Origin: Squalus acanthias
Lineage: Eukaryota
Direction: 5' to 3'
Length of the DNA stretch: 64,000 nucleotides
NCBI GenBank assembly: GCA_030390025.1
Contig: CM059432.1
Span: 30,506,001-30,570,000 of the forward strand
Below, in pieces: positions 62,945 to 64,000 of this stretch. Both the position numbers and the translations under genes were made by a program. The stretch's first letter is position 1. Every line of letters begins with the position of its first letter. The notes beneath the pieces are model-generated. The model had not been told where the DNA came from and ran no database searches. It was given only the letters and a program-made list of their open reading frames with translations.

Positions 62945-63195
62945 TTAATAAGAACATAAGAACATAAGAAATAAGAGCAGGAGTAGGCCATTTGGCCCTT
63001 CGAGCCTGCTCCGCCATTCAATAATATCATGGCTGATCTTCTACCTCAACTCCACTCTCCTGAACTATCTCCATAACCCTTGATTCCCTTAATATTCTAA
63101 AATCTATCGATCTCTGTCTTGAATATACTCAACAACTGAGCCTCCACAGCCCTCTGGGGTAGAGAATTCCAAAGATTCACCACCTCTGAGTGAAG
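62945..63195 (-). mobile_element. CR1 LINE 3' tail
   Basis: AAGAACAT repeats then AAGAAATAAGAGCAGGAGTAGGCC, as at ~7735. Confidence 0.88.
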
Positions 63196-63401
63196 AAATT
63201 ACCAGCAGTGAAGGTAAAAATTACCCCCATAAAAAGACAAAGAGAGACAAAGACTGACAGGCAAAGAAAAAGATACAGAGGTATAGAGAGAAAGGATCAG
63301 ACTTTGGTCTGGTACCATTTTTTAGCGCTCGCTCGAACCAAGAGGCCTGAGGGATTGATGAAAATTGGCCCTGGTAATAAATTTGAAGTCCCTTTGGACT
63401 G

Positions 63402-64000
63402 TGTAAGGGTTTGCGTGCGTGTCTCTCCGCCTGTGAGATTCGCGTGGCTCTGTGCAGCCTGTATGTCAGTGCGGGTTTAGGCCTTGTTGCCTGTTCTGGT
63501 CTCCAGCCAGTCTGGGAACACTAGACACACCTGTGAGTGGTTCGAATCACTCGCCCTTACGGTTCTAGACACTGGACTTAGATGCGAGAGCAGTAATGGA
63601 GATGAAACTCATGTAGACTCGGTTGAATGGTACGAAATGGAAAATCTTTATTGCATAATATTCAAGATTACGAAATACATGTCATAAGCACAGATTAATG
63701 ACAGTACAATCTTACACGCAGTTATGTAACTAATTCTAGGGAAACGAGGAACGAACGACACACCGTAAATGGGGGCACACATTACAATTATCCTTAGTAC
63801 TTAAACCCTCCCCTATCAATATCTGTCCTAGCTAGATTCGTAGGATTCGAGACTCATGCTCACCACTCGTGATAACTCGGAGAAATTCCGAATAGCTGAT
63901 CGGATGTTTTCACCGCAGCACCCACGTGTCGATCAGGGGGTCTCCTGGCCCCACTTGTTTACTTGCTTCTGCTCCGGCTAGCAGGCTGGAACGTCTGTTG
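63402..64000 (-). mobile_element. Possible LTR running off the window end
   Basis: Starts TGTAAGGG (CA terminus on minus strand), CpG-retaining, minus-strand AATAAA near 63650; other end not visible. Confidence 0.35.

Overview
Repeat-dense eukaryotic non-coding DNA. The repeat set (Deu-domain SacSINE1-like SINEs, a V-SINE/HE1-like SINE, many CR1 LINEs, Penelope-like elements) points to a cartilaginous fish such as a shark; this is inference. I recognise no host protein-coding gene, and nearly all ORF-track entries are transposon remnants or spurious. Best-supported items: (1) a nearly intact 4.27-kb PIF/Harbinger transposon (37228-41496; 12-bp TIRs, AAA TSD) with a 3-exon Myb/SANT gene and a convergent DDE transposase, each broken by one in-frame TGA, inserted into a Penelope-like element; (2) three more decayed Harbinger Myb/SANT genes with the same intron positions; (3) several 3-bp-TSD MITE families, one with four copies carrying internal hairpins with compensatory changes; (4) four minimal hammerhead-ribozyme motifs in short Penelope-type inserts; (5) the footprint of a small repeat-mediated inversion; (6) a solo LTR, minisatellites and LINE fragments (CR1, L2, RTE, Tx1). 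Boundaries of degenerate repeats are approximate, and family names come from recognition, not database searches.
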